In this document: in pieces, positions 60,725 through 64,000 of the stretch
How positions within the stretch are numbered: the stretch's first letter is position 1
Layout of the letters: each line of letters begins with the position of its first letter
NCBI GenBank assembly: GCA_963693055.1
Contig: OY843751.1
Location: 4,448,001-4,512,000 of the forward strand
Reading direction: 5' to 3'
DNA length: 64,000 nt
Origin: a bacterium
GTDB lineage: Bacteria; Zhuqueibacterota; Zhuqueibacteria; Residuimicrobiales; Krinioviventaceae
The notes under the pieces: model-generated
The model's database searches: none
Seen by the model: the letters and a program-made list of their open reading frames with translations, nothing else
Told to the model about the DNA's origin: nothing
Made by a program: the position numbers and the translations under genes

Positions 60725-62986
60725 TTATTTTTTATTATTGATATATTCTGTTAAATTATTTGCTTCAGTCTGAAATGACTGAAAATAATCTTGCATATTC
60801 ATTGTGTTATTGACCAGCGCACTCTCTTCAATTTTTTCCGCCCAACTTGCAAGTGGCATTGCCGTAAGATTGGCTGCACCGCCTCTTATTTTATGAGCTT
60901 CTGCAGCGAGTTTTTTCAAATCATTCTCTGCCAACGCCTGCTCAAACCGGGCTAACTGGTTTTTCACATCAACTAAAAAATGTTCCAATACATTATCAAG
61001 GACCTTTTGGTTTCCACCAAATTCTACAATAGCTCGCTCATAATCAATAGGTTTATGATTATTTTCTACTGGTTGTTCTTGATCTATTGGAACACTATTG
61101 TTTTCTACAATTATTTCATCATTTCCGGGCATCCATTTTTTTACCTGACGAACAAATGTTTTTCTTCGCAAAGGCTTTACCAGTACATCACTCATACCCA
61201 ATTCTTTACACTTTTGCCGGGTTGCAGAATCTGCATGAGCAGTAATAGCAAGAATAGGTACATTTTTATAATAGCTGACAAGAGATCTTATCTTTTGCGC
61301 AGCTTCATATCCACTCATTTCCGGCATCTGTAAATCCATCAATACCAGATCATAATGGTTTTTCTTGCATAATTCTATAGCATCTCTTCCATTATCAGCA
61401 GTATCAATCTTGTAATCTGTTTCATTCAAATGCTGTAATGCAACCTGCATATTGGGATAATAATCATCAACAATTATAATCTTTCCCTGCCCAGAACCTG
61501 CAGCCAGCGGCAGAATCACTTTTTCTTCAATTCCATCAACTGCATCTGCATGTACTTCCATTGGCAGTACAAACCAGAAATGGCTCCCTTCTCCTGGTTC
61601 ACTTTCCAGAAAAATTTGCCCGTTCATCAACTCTACTAGTTGATAAGCAATAGTAGTACCCAGGCCGGTTCCGCCATATTTGCGGGTAATGCTTCCATCT
61701 GCCTGTGTAAAACTTTTAAAAATATCTTTTTGTTTATTTTTAGGAATACCGATACCAGTATCATATACATGAAATTCAATATTATGGAATGGGTCAGTTT
61801 TATTTTCAACAGTTACAGCAACCTTCACATGACCTGATTCAGTAAATTTTACTGCATTACTGCATAAATTCATTAAAACCTGAAGCAGACGAAGTTCATC
61901 GCCCAGATATGTCAATTGTTTTTCATTATCAATTTCAATTTCAAAATTTAGATTTTTTGTATCTGCAAGTATTTTAACACTTTTGCTCAATTTCTCCATT
62001 ACATGTCTCAAGCTGAACGGCCTTTGTTCAATCAGCATCTTTCCGGCTTCAATTTTTGCCAGATCTAAAAGATCACTGATCAACAAAAGCAGCATTTCAG
62101 ATTGTTCCAATACTGTTCCAGCATGATCATAAATATTATCAAGTGTGTTTGAATTCAATATTGATTCTGAAAATCCAATTATCGAGTTCAATGGAGTTCG
62201 CATTTCATGAGACATGTTGAAAACAAACTGGGACTTTAATCGGTTTGCATCTTCTGCTACCTTTTTTGCATGTCTTAAATTCTCTTCCGCTCTTTTTCGT
62301 TCAATATAAGCACCCAGCATTTCACTGGCTGTTTGTAAAACTCTTAAATCTACAGAACGCCATTTTTTCTCACGGCTATTATCAACAAAACAAATCATAC
62401 CGTACCATTCTTTGTTGACAAAAATGGGAATAACCAGTAAAGATTCAATAGACAGCTCTACTAAAAATTGCCTCTCTTCTTCTTTAAACTCGCCTGTTAC
62501 ACCAAAAATAGGGTTCCGGGAATTCAATTCAGCTGCCCATCGCTGCAATCCTTTTGAATAGTGCAAGGGAGACAATAATTTATTTTTCATTTGACGATGA
62601 AAGCCTTTGGAGCAACGTTCATTTGTTACTCTTGCTCCCAAACCCCATTTGTAATTGTGGTTCTTTAACACCCATACACGACTAACACCTACTGACTTTT
62701 GTAAAAATCCAAGCCCTGTATCAACAGAATCTTTTTGAGTTACCAGCAAAGCTTTAGAAAAATTTGCAAGCCCCTCTTCATAACGAAGACGAATTGCAAG
62801 GGCATTCTGAGCGTTTTGCTTTTCTTCAATTTCCTGGTTCAGCTGCTCGTTTATATTTGCAAGCTTTGTATATATCTCGTAATAATTTTTCCGTGAAGTT
62901 TCATACTCTTCCTGGGTCAACTGGAGATCATTATTCAGATGCTTAATTTCTGTCTCCAGTAAATGTATCTTTTGTTTGTGATCCAT
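60725..62986 (-). CDS. Cytoplasmic hybrid histidine kinase (GAF-HisKA-HATPase-REC-HPt)
   Basis: SHEMRTPLN, NLCSNAVKFT, DTGIG, GGTGLG, MDLQMP, AHKIRGGA. Confidence 0.93.
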   Translation of the reverse strand: MDHKQKIHLLETEIKHLNNDLQLTQEEYETSRKNYYEIYTKLANINEQLNQEIEEKQNAQNALAIRLRYEEGLANFSKALLVTQKDSVDTGLGFLQKSVGVSRVWVLKNHNYKWGLGARVTNERCSKGFHRQMKNKLLSPLHYSKGLQRWAAELNSRNPIFGVTGEFKEEERQFLVELSIESLLVIPIFVNKEWYGMICFVDNSREKKWRSVDLRVLQTASEMLGAYIERKRAEENLRHAKKVAEDANRLKSQFVFNMSHEMRTPLNSIIGFSESILNSNTLDNIYDHAGTVLEQSEMLLLLISDLLDLAKIEAGKMLIEQRPFSLRHVMEKLSKSVKILADTKNLNFEIEIDNEKQLTYLGDELRLLQVLMNLCSNAVKFTESGHVKVAVTVENKTDPFHNIEFHVYDTGIGIPKNKQKDIFKSFTQADGSITRKYGGTGLGTTIAYQLVELMNGQIFLESEPGEGSHFWFVLPMEVHADAVDGIEEKVILPLAAGSGQGKIIIVDDYYPNMQVALQHLNETDYKIDTADNGRDAIELCKKNHYDLVLMDLQMPEMSGYEAAQKIRSLVSYYKNVPILAITAHADSATRQKCKELGMSDVLVKPLRRKTFVRQVKKWMPGNDEIIVENNSVPIDQEQPVENNHKPIDYERAIVEFGGNQKVLDNVLEHFLVDVKNQLARFEQALAENDLKKLAAEAHKIRGGAANLTAMPLASWAEKIEESALVNNTMNMQDYFQSFQTEANNLTEYINNKK

Positions 62987-62987
62987 A

Positions 62988-63869
62988 TTAAAAGATGCCC
63001 ATCTCTTCCATTTTTTTCAATTCAGCTTGCATATTCTTGGCTATAAGATCAAGCGCTTGCTCAGACAGGCTCAAACGCTCCAAGGCAATTTTAAACTCTA
63101 CATGATCTACATACGGAGCATCTCCAAAGCCTACTTGATTTACCTGGCAGTAATAATCTGCAATATATATTGTATTACATAAACGTATATGGTCTTGATC
63201 GTTCCGGGCAGGATTATGATGGTTTCCCACAGCGCGTGCATATTCATTTGGCAAGTTCCAACTTTCAATAAGAGCCTGCCCAATACCTGAATGATTAAAG
63301 CCCAAGATTTCAAATTCAACAGCGTCCAGATTTCTTTGCTGCTGTTCAGTTATTGTAAGTGCTTGTTTAAATTCTTCCTGCATAAACTGGTCCATTGCTA
63401 TTATACCAATATCATGCAGCATGCCTGCCACATAGGCATTCTCACCCCGTTCACCAAATTCACGTCTGTAAATCATTTTAGCAAGTAAAGCCACTGCAAA
63501 GCTATGTCGCCACAGAGCAGGTCTGGAATAAGCCCCAATACAAACCTCTTTTTCAAAAATCTCACATACCTTTTGACTAAGAACAATTTCTTTTACGGTA
63601 TTGAATCCCAGCCATATAACAGCTTGATCAATTTCTTTGATTTTATTCTGAGGAGAATAGTACGCCGAGTTTGCTACCTTTAACACCCTTGCAGTTAATG
63701 GAGGATCAACCTCAATGATCTCCTCGAGGTCTTTTGCAGTAGAATCTGGATCGTTTATGATCTGTATGATCCGGGTAACCACACTTTTAATTGTAGAAAT
63801 GTTGGATTGGTTAATATTTTCAATTAACTCAAGTAAACGTGTATTTTTCACTTCTGTATTTTCAGTCAT
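62988..63869 (-). CDS. HDOD domain protein
   Basis: DPPLTARVLKVANSAYY, LWRHS, GMLHDIG, HH motif. Confidence 0.9.
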   Translation of the reverse strand: MTENTEVKNTRLLELIENINQSNISTIKSVVTRIIQIINDPDSTAKDLEEIIEVDPPLTARVLKVANSAYYSPQNKIKEIDQAVIWLGFNTVKEIVLSQKVCEIFEKEVCIGAYSRPALWRHSFAVALLAKMIYRREFGERGENAYVAGMLHDIGIIAMDQFMQEEFKQALTITEQQQRNLDAVEFEILGFNHSGIGQALIESWNLPNEYARAVGNHHNPARNDQDHIRLCNTIYIADYYCQVNQVGFGDAPYVDHVEFKIALERLSLSEQALDLIAKNMQAELKKMEEMGIF

Positions 63870-64000
63870 CCTTTTTCCTGCTTTTTTAAAATTACTGTTT
63901 ACTATCCTGCTAACATTCAAATCATTCAGAGAATGCCATTCATATATGTCTTGTTCAATATATTTATATTCTTAAAACCAATTTAGCAATATCAACTCAC

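Overview
A 64 kb bacterial chromosomal window from a saccharolytic diderm. The gene mix suggests an FCB/KSB1-like host, but this is inference only. The left end is an accessory hotspot: a truncated umuC-like polymerase, REP-like repeats, and a higBA toxin-antitoxin pair plus an AT-rich orphan gene between ~104-bp direct repeats. Next come carbohydrate-active enzymes (CE15, GH106, GH78, GH74, sulfatase, CE4, GalM), a GNAT/C39-peptidase + RimK ATP-grasp pair, a CDF/ABC exporter operon, an intact IS4-family element (TIRs and 9-bp TSD) and a frameshifted DUF3857/transglutaminase gene. The right half holds citrate synthase, aceE-aceF-lpdA, an E. coli-type topA and an HDOD/hybrid kinase/response regulator/OmpA operon. 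The most striking unexplained signal is a candidate ~165-nt small RNA at ~58593-58756. It has two tandem hairpin modules with identical C-rich loops (GACCCCCCUAA), compensatory stem changes, a GNRA tetraloop, a putative promoter and an intrinsic terminator, and it lies divergent from a stand-alone response regulator. No tRNA, rRNA or CRISPR array was seen.
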